NCBI GenBank assembly: GCA_963665295.1
Contig: OY762209.1
Coordinates: 2,592,001 to 2,656,000, forward strand
Direction of reading: 5' to 3'
Origin: Syntrophorhabdaceae bacterium
GTDB taxonomy: Bacteria; Desulfobacterota; Syntrophorhabdia; Syntrophorhabdales; Syntrophorhabdaceae
Length of the DNA stretch: 64,000 bases
Numbering within the stretch: position 1 is the stretch's first letter; each line of letters begins with the position of its first letter. The notes beneath the pieces are model-generated. The model was given only the letters and a program-made list of their open reading frames with translations, was not told the DNA's origin and ran no database searches. Made by a program: the position numbers and the translations under genes. Positions 1 through 10,805 of this stretch are shown one piece after another.

Positions 1-2656
1 CCATCGTTATAGTGGTCCCTTTTCCCGGTCGTCCTGTAATTACCGTTGTACCGCCGAGAAGGGAGACCCGTTCCCTCATGCCCAGTATTCCGAATGACGT
101 GGGGCTCGCCGCCTCTCTTTCCTTGATGCCCTTTCCGTTATCTTTTACGCTGAGAATAAGCGAGCCTTTTTTCTCCGCCAGTGTTATTCGGACTTTATCG
201 GCCCCTGAATGGCGCGCCACGTTGGTGAGGCTCTCCTGGATAATCCTGAAAGCCGCAGTTGCTATGTCTTCGCCGATTCGCGTGGCACCGGGGGCTTTCA
301 ACTCGCACTTGATCCCGGTCCTGTTCCGGAAATCCTGCAAAAGCCATTGCACGGCAGCGGGAAGCCCCAGGTCATCAAGAATGCTCGGTCGAAGTTCAGC
401 CGCTATCCTTCGCACTATATCGATGGTGCCGTCCACCAATTCCAGGAGGCTTTCGGTTTTTGACAACACCCTGTCCCTGTTGGGCGGGGCCGGATCGAAT
501 TCCTCCCTGATTTCGGAAAGGTCTATCTTTACGCAGGTGAGGGCTTGGCCGAGTTCGTCGTGGATCTCCCTGGCGATCCTCGTCCGCTCTTCCTCTCTCA
601 CCGACTGCATGTGGGCGGCGAGGGTGCGCAGCTCCTCCCTCGATTTGCGTAGTTCCTCGTTTGCCCGTATCCTTTCGGTCATGTCCCGGAACATGGTGAC
701 TGATTTCCCGTCGGACAGGGTGAATGTCCTGAACTCCAGTTCTTTCTCGGACCCGTCTTTGCAGCGCACGGTGTATGCCCTGTCGATGCTCCTTTTTGAG
801 ACATCCTTCTTCCAGACATCGATTATCCCTTGCCGGTACCAGGAATCAGGATATGCTTTGAGAAACCACTCTCTCCCGGTGGGTATGTCTTCCATCTCAT
901 ATCCTGTGATGCTCAAAGCCTCGGAGTTGAGGAACAGGCACCTGCCCGACGGGTCATGGAGGAATATGCCGTAGGGCGCATTATGGAGTATGGAATAGAA
1001 GGTCTCCCTTTCTTTGTGCAACTGGTCCTCAGCCCTTTTACGGTCCGTAATATCGTGAACGGTGCCCTCATAGTAGAGGGTCTTGCCGTCTGTGTCCTTG
1101 ATGGCGCGTCCATTGATGGAGATCCAAACCCTGGCGCCTCTCTTGTTGTAGAACTCCGTGTCAAACCCCTCATCGAAATTGCGGGTGTCGAAAAGGGCAA
1201 GAAGCCTCTTCCTGTCTTCGGGGTTTACATATTGTTCAATCCCGATGTCGGTAATGAGGTCGATCATCTCTTCAGGCGATTCGTAGCCAAGGATTCTCGC
1301 GAGAGACGTATTGGCGCTCAGGTAACGGCCCTCCGGCAATGTCTGAAAGATCCCTTCCACGGAGTTTTCATAGATTGTGCGGTATTTCTGCTCTGCCTGC
1401 CTCAGGGATTCTTCCGCCCTTTTCCGCTCCCTGATATCCCTCCACACGGTGTACATGATCTGTTTTCCGCGAATGGGGATTTTCGTGAGGGAAACATCCA
1501 CCCAGAATTCCTCTCCCCCAAGGGTGCGGTGTACCCATTCGAAATGATTTACCCCGTTTTCGAGAGCGACCTTTACGTGTCGCTCTTCCTCTTCGGACGA
1601 GAGACGCCCGTCGGGCTGTCTTTCGGGGGAGATATGGGATGGACGCAGTCCGATTATGCCACGCTTGTCGGAGCAATTCATAAGCTTCACAGCAGCTTCG
1701 TTGCAATCTACGAAGGTGTTTTCGTCGAGAAGCAGTATGGGGTCACCCGATTTTTCAAAGAGAAGGCGGAATTTTGCCTCGCTTTCCTGTAGGGTCCTCT
1801 CCGCCTCTTTACGGGCCGAAATATCCTTTATGAACAACCTCATTTCCATGGGGTTGCCTTCTTCATCCCTGAAGAAGCTGACCCTTGTTTCCGCCGGAAA
1901 AAGGGTGCCGTCCTTTCTTATGAATTCCTTTTCATAGATGTCGGAATAACCCCTTACCCGCGCCTGTTCACTTATAATCCGGGCCTCAAGAGGACGCCAT
2001 TTGGCGGGGGTTATCTCGTGGTAGGATATTCCAAGGAGTTCCTCTCCGGTGTACCCCGTCATCTTCTGCAGGGCCGGGTTTGTTTCGATAATCCTCCCGT
2101 CCATTTCCACGGAGGCAAATCCGTCGGGCAAAACCTCGAACAGGCCGCGGTACCTGTTCTCGGACCTTCTCAGGGTTTCTTCCGCCCTTTCAAGGGCCCC
2201 CACATCCCTCACCGTCACAAGGGCCCGGTCCTCGCCTCCGAGTCGTGCCCGGCGCACATGCACTTCCACCGGGAAAGAGCGGCCGTTCTTATGCCTCCCG
2301 TGCCCCTTGAAGGATTGAAACGCTGCGTCCTTGGTTTTGCGGAGCAGGTCCACGATGTTCTGTTTCTCCGGGACTGTCGCAACGGTGATGAGGGCCGCAG
2401 GCGAGAGATTGAAGGCCTCATTGCGGGTATACCCGAACATCCCGCACATCCCCTGGTTTACATTGAGGATTGCGCCGGTCTCGGGATCATGGAAAAGGAT
2501 TGCGTCGTTAACGGAATCGAAAATGGCGTTGAAAAGGTCATCACTCGTCTGCGATTCAGGGAGGCGGGCCTTGTCTTTGCCCGGTCCGCCGGGACCCTCG
2601 TGTGGTCCGGTCCATTCAATCGCACACTTCTCTGTCGTTTCTTTCTTTCGTCTCAC
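1..2656 (-). CDS. Multi-PAS sensor histidine kinase, HisKA_3/NarL-partner type (runs off the left edge; start approximate)
   Basis: Not in the ORF track; hand translation gives an open frame from GTG at 2656 with several PAS blocks (e.g. ESEAKFRLLFEKSGDPILLLD...WRDIRERK) and C-terminal SFGILGMRERVSLLGG...GRPGKGTTITM. Confidence 0.85.
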   Translation of the reverse strand, partial: MRRKKETTEKCAIEWTGPHEGPGGPGKDKARLPESQTSDDLFNAIFDSVNDAILFHDPETGAILNVNQGMCGMFGYTRNEAFNLSPAALITVATVPEKQNIVDLLRKTKDAAFQSFKGHGRHKNGRSFPVEVHVRRARLGGEDRALVTVRDVGALERAEETLRRSENRYRGLFEVLPDGFASVEMDGRIIETNPALQKMTGYTGEELLGISYHEITPAKWRPLEARIISEQARVRGYSDIYEKEFIRKDGTLFPAETRVSFFRDEEGNPMEMRLFIKDISARKEAERTLQESEAKFRLLFEKSGDPILLLDENTFVDCNEAAVKLMNCSDKRGIIGLRPSHISPERQPDGRLSSEEEERHVKVALENGVNHFEWVHRTLGGEEFWVDVSLTKIPIRGKQIMYTVWRDIRERKRAEESLRQAEQKYRTIYENSVEGIFQTLPEGRYLSANTSLARILGYESPEEMIDLITDIGIEQYVNPEDRKRLLALFDTRNFDEGFDTEFYNKRGARVWISINGRAIKDTDGKTLYYEGTVHDITDRKRAEDQLHKERETFYSILHNAPYGIFLHDPSGRCLFLNSEALSITGYEMEDIPTGREWFLKAYPDSWYRQGIIDVWKKDVSKRSIDRAYTVRCKDGSEKELEFRTFTLSDGKSVTMFRDMTERIRANEELRKSREELRTLAAHMQSVREEERTRIAREIHDELGQALTCVKIDLSEIREEFDPAPPNRDRVLSKTESLLELVDGTIDIVRRIAAELRPSILDDLGLPAAVQWLLQDFRNRTGIKCELKAPGATRIGEDIATAAFRIIQESLTNVARHSGADKVRITLAEKKGSLILSVKDNGKGIKEREAASPTSFGILGMRERVSLLGGTTVITGRPGKGTTITM

Positions 2657-2692
2657 CGTCTGTACCCCGAAGACCACCGGTCGGAATACACA

Positions 2693-3520
2693 CTATACTA
2701 TAACTCGGAGAATATTGTCTCTAGTGATTGCAGGGGGATGTTCCGGGGCGGTATCCTGCTTCAATGTCCTTTCCGCAAATTGTCGATCGGTTATTTCACT
2801 GAGCGACTCTATCGAGCCCAGTCGTTTACCCTTGGCGTCCATGAGCGGCGACGCAATGCCCGAGAGCCGGCAGCCTTTGCCGCCGTATAGAGACGGTACG
2901 AACCCTTCGGCATAGACCGAATCGCCTCTTCTTTCGGTAAGCTCATAGGTGGGCAACGATTGGCCGTCTTTCAGGTTGACGAAATCTATGAGTATCGGCC
3001 TTCGCCCGCTGTAGAAAGGGATGGCGTACACATAGTCCCCCCGGCCGATGATCTTCTTTCCCGGTACGCCCGTCAATCTTTCCATGGCCCGGTTCCAGGC
3101 AATGACCCTCCCATGCAAATCTATGGCAAAGGTCGCCTCGGATAGGGAATCGATCAGCGCAACAAAGGTCGAAATGTTGCGCCCCCGGCCCGTCGTCTTT
3201 GATCGGTGATTTTGAGTGATTTTCGACGTCTCCGATGCAGGACACAGGGGGTAGTAGTCCTCGGGTGAAATATGATCTTCCGGACCGTCTTCGATTATCG
3301 GAGCCAATATCAGCCTCTGGGCGAGAGAAAATAGCCAGACTATCTTACACAGGATTGGGGATGCCTTGACAAGTGGTGAATTACCTATTCTTGTGTAGGT
3401 AATATGCTTACATTTGAAATTGCTACAGGGCAGGCTCCCTCGCGGCATATTTTTGACGAAATCCGGAAAGGCCTTATCACGGGAAGCGGGGAAGAAGGGT
3501 CCGGGGGCGGGTGACGTCAA
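2693..3520 (-). CDS. Small PAS-domain protein (true start probably downstream of 3520)
   Basis: ALIDSLSEATFAIDLHGRVIAWNRAMERLTG...ASPLMDAKGKRLGSIESLSEITDR is a PAS/PAC signature; the N-terminal ~100 aa look non-coding. Confidence 0.65.
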   Translation of the reverse strand: MTSPAPGPFFPASRDKAFPDFVKNMPRGSLPCSNFKCKHITYTRIGNSPLVKASPILCKIVWLFSLAQRLILAPIIEDGPEDHISPEDYYPLCPASETSKITQNHRSKTTGRGRNISTFVALIDSLSEATFAIDLHGRVIAWNRAMERLTGVPGKKIIGRGDYVYAIPFYSGRRPILIDFVNLKDGQSLPTYELTERRGDSVYAEGFVPSLYGGKGCRLSGIASPLMDAKGKRLGSIESLSEITDRQFAERTLKQDTAPEHPPAITRDNILRVIV

Positions 3521-3841
3521 TTGCGGTAAATGACCGTTTCTTCTGTCCGTTACTTCCTTACGCCCGGTGCGGTGAAGGGTGGGGAAAGACGGCTCGTCCT
3601 TTAGATGCCAGTCACTTCCGAAGGCCTTCCGGAAACGGGTCTGTCACAGGCAACCGTGTGAGAGAACAAAACTATTTCAGTTTTGTAGTGAAAAACTCCC
3701 CTGCGCCGTTATACAATTTGTCTTCATGGAAAACACAAACGTTCAGGGATTTGGTATATGGGAAGACTATTTTGCATAATCCGGCGTAGCAGTCCGGTTT
3801 CTATCTTTTACTAAATCCACAAAAGTCATGAAGGATGAGTA

Positions 3842-6800
3842 ATGGAAATAAGGGACCCAGTTTCCGGCCGCATTCGCGCACCCGGCGATAGAGGCGTGGT
3901 TTTAGGACAAGAGGAAGAGACAGGGCTTCAGGAATTGGTGCGGCTTCAGGCGGCCGAACTCGACAGGGTCAAGGAACAGTTGAATTCCGAGATCGCCCAA
4001 CGGGCCTACATGGCCCGGGAATTGGTCAGGAGCAACAGGGCCCTCAAGGTTTTGAGCGAATGCAATCAGGCGCTGGTTCGTGCAAAGAAAGAGACGCAGC
4101 TCTTTGAGCATATCTGCGACATCGTGGTGAGCGTGGGCGGTTACCACGCGGCGGCCGTCCTGTTCTCGGAACATGACGAGGGGAAGACCGTAAATCCGGT
4201 CGCCCAGATCGGGTTCGGGCCGGGCTACCTGGAATCTCTGAGGATTTCTTGGGGGGATAACGAGCGCGGGCAAGGGTCCATGGGCAGGGCCATTCGTACG
4301 GGTGAACCGGTCGTCATGAGGAATATCCTCGATGACCCCTCGTACAAGCCCTGGCGCAGTCAGGCTTTGGGACATGGTTATGGGTCTATCGCAGCCTTTC
4401 CGCTGGGCGTGGACGGCGGGGTGATCGGGGTCCTTTCCATAACCGCGGAGGAGGCCGACGCTTTCGATGACGGAGAAGTGGATATTCTGGCCGAGCTTGC
4501 CGAGGATATGGCATACGGCATCATATCCATACGCACGACAGCGAGGCACGAGTCCGCCGTGAAAGCCCTCGAAGAGAGCGAGAAGAAATTCAGGCTTCTC
4601 TTCGAGAAATCGGCGGACGCCATAGTCCTGTCGGACGGGGGCAGGATCGTGGACTGCAATGAGGCGGCGGTGCGGCTCATGGGATGTGCGGGCAAGGACC
4701 CGATGATAGGGTTGAGTGCGTCGGATATGTCGCCTGAGAGGCAACCCGATGGGAGGCCCTCTTCGGACAAGGCGAAAGAAATGATCGATATCGCCCTCAA
4801 GGAGGGCTCCAACCGGTTCGAATGGCTGCGGCGCTCCTTTGACGGCCAGGAATTCTGGATGGATATCTCACTGACGGCAATCCCCTTTCAAGGGAAACAG
4901 ATCCTCTACAGCGTGTGGAGGGACATTCAGGACCGGAAGACCTCGGAAGCCAGACTCAGGGCTTCGGAGGAGAAGCTCCGCATCGCCTTCGATCAGACAT
5001 TCCAGTTTACAGGCCTGTTAAGGCCCGACGGGGTGCTGGTTGCGGCAAACAAGACGGCCCTTCAGGCAATCGGCGTCGCCGAGGCCGATGTGACGGGGAG
5101 GTTCTTTCCCGACACATCCTGGTGGACTCATTCAAAGTCCGAACAGGACAAGTTGAAGGAGGCCATAGAAAAGGCCCGTTCCGGGGAGGTAGTAAGGTTT
5201 GAAACGAGCCATCGCACGGCAAACGGCGTGATCCGCTATTTTGATTTCTCCCTGAGGCCGGTAAAAGACTTTGAGAACAACGTCATATACCTGAACGCAG
5301 AAGGTCGTGATGTCACGAGGCTGAGGGAAGCGGAGGAGGCCCTTCGTGCGAGCGAGCGGAAATACCGGTCCATATTCGACTACTCTGTCCTTGGCGTGTT
5401 CCAGAGCACTCCGGAGGGCCGGTTCATCACCGTGAACCCCGCCTTTGCCCAAATGACCGGGTTTGCATCCCCTGAAGAAATGATGGAATTCGTCACCGAT
5501 ATTCCGAACCAGCTTTACGCAAGCCCCGGAGACCGGGAGGAATTCAAGAGCGCCTTTGGGAACCATGGCCTGGTAAGACAGTTTGAAACCCTGTTCAGGC
5601 GGAAAGACGGGAGTCTCTTCTGGGTCCTGATGAATGTCCGGGCTATACGTGGTGACGACGGCAGGGTGCTTTACTATGAGGGTTCCGCCGAGGATGTGAC
5701 GGACCGGAAGAGGGCGAAGGACGCGCTGAAGGAGAGCGAGGAGCGCTACCGCACCGCAATAGAGAGTTCGAACGACGGGGTAGCGATCATAAAAGGAGAC
5801 GAGCACCTTTACGTGAACAGGAAATTTGTGGAGATCTTCGGATACGACAGCGTGGAAGAACTCGCGGGGAAACCCCAGTCCATCACCGTCCATCCCGACG
5901 ACTTCCCTATGGTCGCGAGGTACAACGAAAAGAGGCAGAAAGGCGAGGCAGTCCCTTCCCGGTATGAGTTCAAAGGCATAAGGAAGGACGGCGCCCCTGT
6001 CCACGTGGAGGTCTCCGCAACGCGCACCACCCATCTGGGCGAACCTGTTTCCCTGGCCTACCTCAGAGATGTTACGGAACGGAAGATCCTTGAGTCGCGG
6101 CTCCGTCAGTCTCAGAAGATGGAAGCGGTGGGCGCCCTTGCGGGCGGCATCGCCCACGACTTCAACAATATCCTTACAGTCATAACGGGGTACGGGGCCC
6201 TCCTCAGGATGGGGATGGAGAAACAGGGTCAAATGAGGATTTACGTGGACCAGATCCTGGAGGCCTCCCAAAAGGCGGCGGACCTCACCAAAGGCCTCCT
6301 CACCTTCAGCAGGCAGCAGGCGATTGAACTCTCTCCTCTCGATATCAATGATATAGTCAGGGGAACGGAGAAGCTTCTGAAACGGCTCCTTACCGAGGAT
6401 ATTTCCCTGAAGGCCAGACTCGCTCCCCGGAAGATCATGGTGATGGCCGATGCAACGCAGATCGACCAGATATTGTTCAACCTTGCCGCAAACGCCAGGG
6501 ACGCGATGAAGAAAGGCGGGACCCTCATCATAGAAACGAAGGTCGTGGAGTTGGACGGACCCTTTGTTAAGGCCCACGGTTTCGGCGAGCCGGGAAGGTA
6601 TGCCGTCCTGTCTTTCTCCGACACGGGCGCGGGGATGGACAGCCTGACAAAGGAGAAGATCTTTGAGCCTTTTTTTACCACCAAGGAGTCGGGAAAGGGG
6701 ACGGGTCTCGGCCTTGCCACCGTGTACGGCATTGTAAAAACGCACAACGGATATATCAATGTATATAGCGAGCCCGGCATAGGCACGACCTTTCGTATCT

Positions 6801-7240
6801 ATATCCCCGAAGCCGAAGCGCTTCAGAAAGGGATGAGAGAAGCGCCGCCCCCTCCGCGGGGAGGAAAGGAGACGATCCTTATCGCCGAGGACCATTCAGA
6901 GGTGAGGGGCCTCATGAAGGAAGTGCTTTGCAGCCGTGGATACACCGTCATCGAGGCCACGGATGGGGAGGACGCGGTAAAGCGGTTCAAAGAGCATGGA
7001 GGGATCGACCTCCTGGTTTTCGATTCGGTAATGCCCCGCAAGAGCGGAAGGGAGGCGTACGAGGCCATCAGAAAAACGGACCCCCGCGTACGAGTGATCT
7101 TCACGAGCGGCTATACGAAAGATATCATTCTCGACAAGGGCATTCAGGACGGCGAATTCGACTTCATCAAAAAACCCATCGGACCGAACGAGATGCTTGA
7201 GAAGGTAAGAGAGGTGCTCGACAGGAAGGACTCTCCTTAA
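3842..7240 (+). CDS. Hybrid sensor kinase, GAF-PASx4-HisKA-HATPase-REC
   Basis: LAGGIAHDFNNIL H-box, FEPFFTTK and GKGTGLGLA boxes, C-terminal receiver (ILIAED...FDSVMP...KKP). Confidence 0.95.
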   Translation: MEIRDPVSGRIRAPGDRGVVLGQEEETGLQELVRLQAAELDRVKEQLNSEIAQRAYMARELVRSNRALKVLSECNQALVRAKKETQLFEHICDIVVSVGGYHAAAVLFSEHDEGKTVNPVAQIGFGPGYLESLRISWGDNERGQGSMGRAIRTGEPVVMRNILDDPSYKPWRSQALGHGYGSIAAFPLGVDGGVIGVLSITAEEADAFDDGEVDILAELAEDMAYGIISIRTTARHESAVKALEESEKKFRLLFEKSADAIVLSDGGRIVDCNEAAVRLMGCAGKDPMIGLSASDMSPERQPDGRPSSDKAKEMIDIALKEGSNRFEWLRRSFDGQEFWMDISLTAIPFQGKQILYSVWRDIQDRKTSEARLRASEEKLRIAFDQTFQFTGLLRPDGVLVAANKTALQAIGVAEADVTGRFFPDTSWWTHSKSEQDKLKEAIEKARSGEVVRFETSHRTANGVIRYFDFSLRPVKDFENNVIYLNAEGRDVTRLREAEEALRASERKYRSIFDYSVLGVFQSTPEGRFITVNPAFAQMTGFASPEEMMEFVTDIPNQLYASPGDREEFKSAFGNHGLVRQFETLFRRKDGSLFWVLMNVRAIRGDDGRVLYYEGSAEDVTDRKRAKDALKESEERYRTAIESSNDGVAIIKGDEHLYVNRKFVEIFGYDSVEELAGKPQSITVHPDDFPMVARYNEKRQKGEAVPSRYEFKGIRKDGAPVHVEVSATRTTHLGEPVSLAYLRDVTERKILESRLRQSQKMEAVGALAGGIAHDFNNILTVITGYGALLRMGMEKQGQMRIYVDQILEASQKAADLTKGLLTFSRQQAIELSPLDINDIVRGTEKLLKRLLTEDISLKARLAPRKIMVMADATQIDQILFNLAANARDAMKKGGTLIIETKVVELDGPFVKAHGFGEPGRYAVLSFSDTGAGMDSLTKEKIFEPFFTTKESGKGTGLGLATVYGIVKTHNGYINVYSEPGIGTTFRIYIPEAEALQKGMREAPPPPRGGKETILIAEDHSEVRGLMKEVLCSRGYTVIEATDGEDAVKRFKEHGGIDLLVFDSVMPRKSGREAYEAIRKTDPRVRVIFTSGYTKDIILDKGIQDGEFDFIKKPIGPNEMLEKVREVLDRKDSP

Positions 7241-7426
7241 CCGGGGATAGCCGTCAACAGCTACGAATCATCGCCAATACCGGTCCGTTTCCGTCGATCC
7301 CTGATTGTGGTCCCGGGCATGGGGCTATCCCGGCCCCCTTCCTTTTCTATCGACGGAACATATACCCGGCCGAATGCTCGGCCTTCGGTCCGGCCGACGT
7401 TCGTTGCCCCGGCATCCCATCCCCTC

Positions 7427-8716
7427 CTACTGCCCCGTAATCGTGTACGTCCGGGTGCTTACCGGCTCACTGTTTCCCGCACTATCCTTCGCAAAGAACT
7501 TGAGGGTCGTGGTGGCGGAAATATTGATGGGCGACGAGTAGACGGAGGATGCGGTGGTGGGCGTCGTACCGTTGGTGGTGTAGTAAATGGTAGCGCACCC
7601 CGAGCCTGCCCCGTCACTGCACGAGAGAGTGACGGACTGGGCCGTGGTGAAGGTCCCTCCCGCCGGTGAGGCGGTAGTGACAGGAAGGGTACTGTCAAGA
7701 AGCACTGTGGCGTTGTAAACAGGGGACCAGTTGGCTGCGTTATCCCTGAACTTCACATATATGGTCTTGCTCCCGTCGCCTGTGGGTACGGTCCATATCC
7801 TTGAGCGCGCGAAATACTCAGGAGGGGCGTACGTCACGTTGTCGTTGGAGAGGGCCATCCTCATGCAGGAGTTGTCGGGACACGTAAGTTCCAGGCAGAC
7901 TCTTGTGGTTCCGGTTGTCGTGGCAGCCGAACAGATGGCGATACTACCCGTGGGAGGGACTGTATCGAGATAGATAAAACCGGTGCTACAGGCGCCCGAC
8001 CAGTTGCCTGCGGCGTCCCGGAATTTGGCATAGACGAGTTTGCCTCCGTCCCCCGTTGTAAGGGTCCATGTCTTTGCCGCGGCGTAGGGCTCGGGAGTGG
8101 AGTATACCATCCCGGGGTAATTGACGAACTGCATTTGGGAGCAGCCGTTCAGGTCATTGCAGGTAAGAGTCAGGGTGACATCAGGGTTATTTGCATAGGA
8201 TGGCCCTGAAACGGCGCCCGTGGGAGGGGTCGTATCGATGGTGTATACCTGCGTTTTTGTTGTCTCGCTATTGCCCACGCGGTCTTGCGCGAAATACTTG
8301 AGGGTCGTGGTGGCGGAAATATTGATGGGCGACGAGTAGACGGAGGACGCGGTGGTGGGCGTGGCGCCGTTGGTCGTAAGATATATCCTGTCGCATCCTG
8401 ATCCCGAGCCGTCGTCACAGGCTAAGGTAACCGTCCGGGAAGTGTTATAGAGCCCTCCCCCGGGCGAGGCCGTCGTCGTGGGAGCGACGATGTCGGGCGA
8501 CTGAACCTGCAGCCGGTTGCCCGCCCCGTCATAGACATACTCTGCAGCGGCGCCCCCGTCACACTCCACCCGCTTCAACCGGTTCAATTCATCATATATG
8601 TAATTGACCGTCTCGGCGTAAGAAGCTGCCACGAAAGCGAGAAGAAAGGTGATTACCGCCAAACCGGTTAACCGTCCGTGATGTGTGCCTGGTGTCATGT
8701 TCAACATAACCTCCAA
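7427..8716 (-). CDS. Secreted protein: signal peptide, short YD-repeat segment, two chitobiase-C/Fn3-associated-like domains and Ig-like repeats
   Basis: LLAFVAASYA signal; YIYDELNRL...YVYDGAGNRL; two copies of TTNGxTPTTASSVYSSPINISATTTLK(Y/F)FA. Confidence 0.8.
   Translation of the reverse strand: MEVMLNMTPGTHHGRLTGLAVITFLLAFVAASYAETVNYIYDELNRLKRVECDGGAAAEYVYDGAGNRLQVQSPDIVAPTTTASPGGGLYNTSRTVTLACDDGSGSGCDRIYLTTNGATPTTASSVYSSPINISATTTLKYFAQDRVGNSETTKTQVYTIDTTPPTGAVSGPSYANNPDVTLTLTCNDLNGCSQMQFVNYPGMVYSTPEPYAAAKTWTLTTGDGGKLVYAKFRDAAGNWSGACSTGFIYLDTVPPTGSIAICSAATTTGTTRVCLELTCPDNSCMRMALSNDNVTYAPPEYFARSRIWTVPTGDGSKTIYVKFRDNAANWSPVYNATVLLDSTLPVTTASPAGGTFTTAQSVTLSCSDGAGSGCATIYYTTNGTTPTTASSVYSSPINISATTTLKFFAKDSAGNSEPVSTRTYTITGQ
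7498..8362. repeat. Intragenic direct repeat (7498-7564 vs 8296-8362)
   Basis: 52 bp identical, one mismatch, then 14 bp identical. Confidence 0.9.
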
Positions 8717-8952
8717 ATCAGACTGCGCTGGTGTTAAGAAATTCGCTGTTTATTTCCTTAAGTTTCATCACCCTCACGCAGAGATGGGCCGGGCGTCCGA
8801 CGGTTAGCCCCCATCTTTTTGATGGGGCTTGGAACATGAGGTAACCACCGGATTGCAGTATTGGTTTTACCACGAGGAAGGGGGGGACGGCTATCCTTTC
8901 TCTCAGGCTTGTCAACTCTGTCATCTGTGTCTCCGATCGTCCTTCTATTAGT

Positions 8953-9516
8953 TCAGGCATGCTTTTGAAAGTGCTTCGAATATCCCAAGGCTTCTTCGTA
9001 AGCAGATCCTAATTCCGAATCTTTGCGCCAATCAATGAAATATTTCGCGATTGTTTTGTCTTCGAACAAATGCTCCAATGTAGCCGTTATGATACATTTT
9101 CTAATTTCTTCGGTTCCACCTTTGTACAAGTCGGCGATCCATCTCTTGATCTCCGCAAGGATTTTTCTGGAGACATTTGAATCTCTCCACAGATGATTAA
9201 ACCAAGCTACAAGACCCCATCCCGCGGAATATCTTGAATCAGCCCATTCACTTTCAGGATTTTCGCGAAAACACCGTCCGTAATAGTGTTTTACAAAAGC
9301 CACGTATTCATGAACATTCAAGGGTGGCTGAATGCGCTTGTAACAACTCTTATCCATAATCAATCTATACACCGCGCCTAGTACTTCAATATCCTCACTT
9401 TGCATCCAGATATTGAGCCCGTTTCTAGAGATTGGCTCCCTTTTTATATCTCCGGCTTCTTTAGAGAACTGCGACACGACATCCTTCAGTGCCGAATCGT
9501 TCGGATAATTCAACAT
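8953..9516 (-). CDS. Hypothetical protein, probable orphan immunity protein
   Basis: 187-aa AT-rich ORF with AGGAG upstream, in the Rhs downstream array. Confidence 0.6.
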   Translation of the reverse strand: MLNYPNDSALKDVVSQFSKEAGDIKREPISRNGLNIWMQSEDIEVLGAVYRLIMDKSCYKRIQPPLNVHEYVAFVKHYYGRCFRENPESEWADSRYSAGWGLVAWFNHLWRDSNVSRKILAEIKRWIADLYKGGTEEIRKCIITATLEHLFEDKTIAKYFIDWRKDSELGSAYEEALGYSKHFQKHA

Positions 9517-9632
9517 GGTTTCTTGCTCCTAATCAAATTCATTCCAATCAACCGCCCAAAAGCCCAAGTATCATCATAATAATCAAGGATATGGACAGCG
9601 CTGTCGCAGCAGCATTTTGCCCGGGGTTTGGG

Positions 9633-10001
9633 TTAAGTACAAGGTTCCTCAGGCAACATTTTGCTTTCTCTATATTCCCTGAGTTTATCGAGATCACCTT
9701 GTTCCACGGCCATAAATGTTACTTCGAACTCGCATTCATCCGGTTGGTGTTGAAAAGTTGACGCCGTCTCCTCGTCGTACAAAACCCAAACGCGAGGTGG
9801 CTCTTCTCCGACTTTAGACTCATAGCTGTTGAAGTTCCATAACAGGTGGCATTCAAAGTGCTCCTTTGGATCAGAATCTGCGATCCACGATAACCATCTT
9901 GACAGGGAGCGAAAGGCCGCCCTATTGCCGTAGAGCGTGACCCCGTCCCTTCTCACTGCAACGCATATTTCTGTCTCTCTTGTCACATCAGGATACGACA
10001 T
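9633..10001 (-). CDS. Imm32-like immunity protein
   Basis: GGGAGG precedes ATG at 10001; VTLYGNRAAFRSLSRWL...KEHFECHL resembles Imm32 family motifs. Confidence 0.6.
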   Translation of the reverse strand: MSYPDVTRETEICVAVRRDGVTLYGNRAAFRSLSRWLSWIADSDPKEHFECHLLWNFNSYESKVGEEPPRVWVLYDEETASTFQHQPDECEFEVTFMAVEQGDLDKLREYRESKMLPEEPCT

Positions 10002-10012
10002 CCAGAACCTCC

Positions 10013-10504
10013 CTAAATAGACTTCCTCGTTGTCGCTATCTTGCCGGTATCGGTACCACAGCAAAACAGCATTCCGGGCAAAAGATGCATACGGTAACGA
10101 CTCCCGCTCCAATGGCAACTGGTGCCACCCACCCCGGAACGGTAATTGGGTCTCGCTCTAAATTTGGATCGTTTAACAGCCATTGGCCATAGTTGTTCAA
10201 TCTGTTCTTGATCTGCTCGTCTTACGACAAACCACGTTCCATCTTCGTGCCGTTCGGTAAAAAATGGCAGACCAGCTTGCATAAGAACTTTCCTAAAGCG
10301 GATGGATTCTTCCTGGGTTTTCCACTTTAGGAAGTACCACGGGAACTGCGCATCACGAACTCTATGTGCCGCATCGATGATACATTCGGCGTTTATGTCA
10401 TCAAAGGCAACTGCGCCACTGTCATCCAAGTCGTAAGAAATGTCGGCACTTTTCAATTCAGAAATAAAAGCGTTCTGGAGATCGGCATTCTCGAATCGGA
10501 TCAT
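10013..10504 (-). CDS. Second copy of the 13498-13863 hypothetical protein, with an altered C-terminal tail
   Basis: Identical to the other copy over ~113 aa except T/N; reads on into unrelated sequence. Confidence 0.65.
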   Translation of the reverse strand: MIRFENADLQNAFISELKSADISYDLDDSGAVAFDDINAECIIDAAHRVRDAQFPWYFLKWKTQEESIRFRKVLMQAGLPFFTERHEDGTWFVVRRADQEQIEQLWPMAVKRSKFRARPNYRSGVGGTSCHWSGSRYRMHLLPGMLFCCGTDTGKIATTRKSI

Positions 10505-10805
10505 ATATATTAAATTCCATGTATTTTTTCCTCTCTCCTGTTCTTCATATGGATATGTCTCTCCATTCCTCGCCAAGGTCCCTTCCTCCTGGCTACGGTA
10601 TTGCCTGCTTCTTACTCGGCTGGTTCCTGCCCTGCAAGCCAAAAAGGTTACGGGGCTTAGGAATGTCCCTCAGCGCCCCGTTCTTTTTGATAAACGATAA
10701 AGGCCCGCTTCAGCTAACAACTGAAAATACCCATAACGCGAATCTTCCAGCAGTTCGTTATAAAGTCCGGTAGCTTCCTCTGTTTGACCATTGAATTCTG
10801 CAGCG

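Noticed and set aside
2657..2700. Amber readthrough fusing the PAS ORF to the downstream kinase (same frame, single TAG at 2693-2695)
   Set aside because: The junction is AT-rich and promoter-like (TATAGT), the linker is not domain-like, and a shared frame has a 1-in-3 chance.
8718..8960. 80-aa ORF between the immunity array and the mini-YD gene
   Set aside because: No motif; contains a terminator-like hairpin, so probably intergenic.
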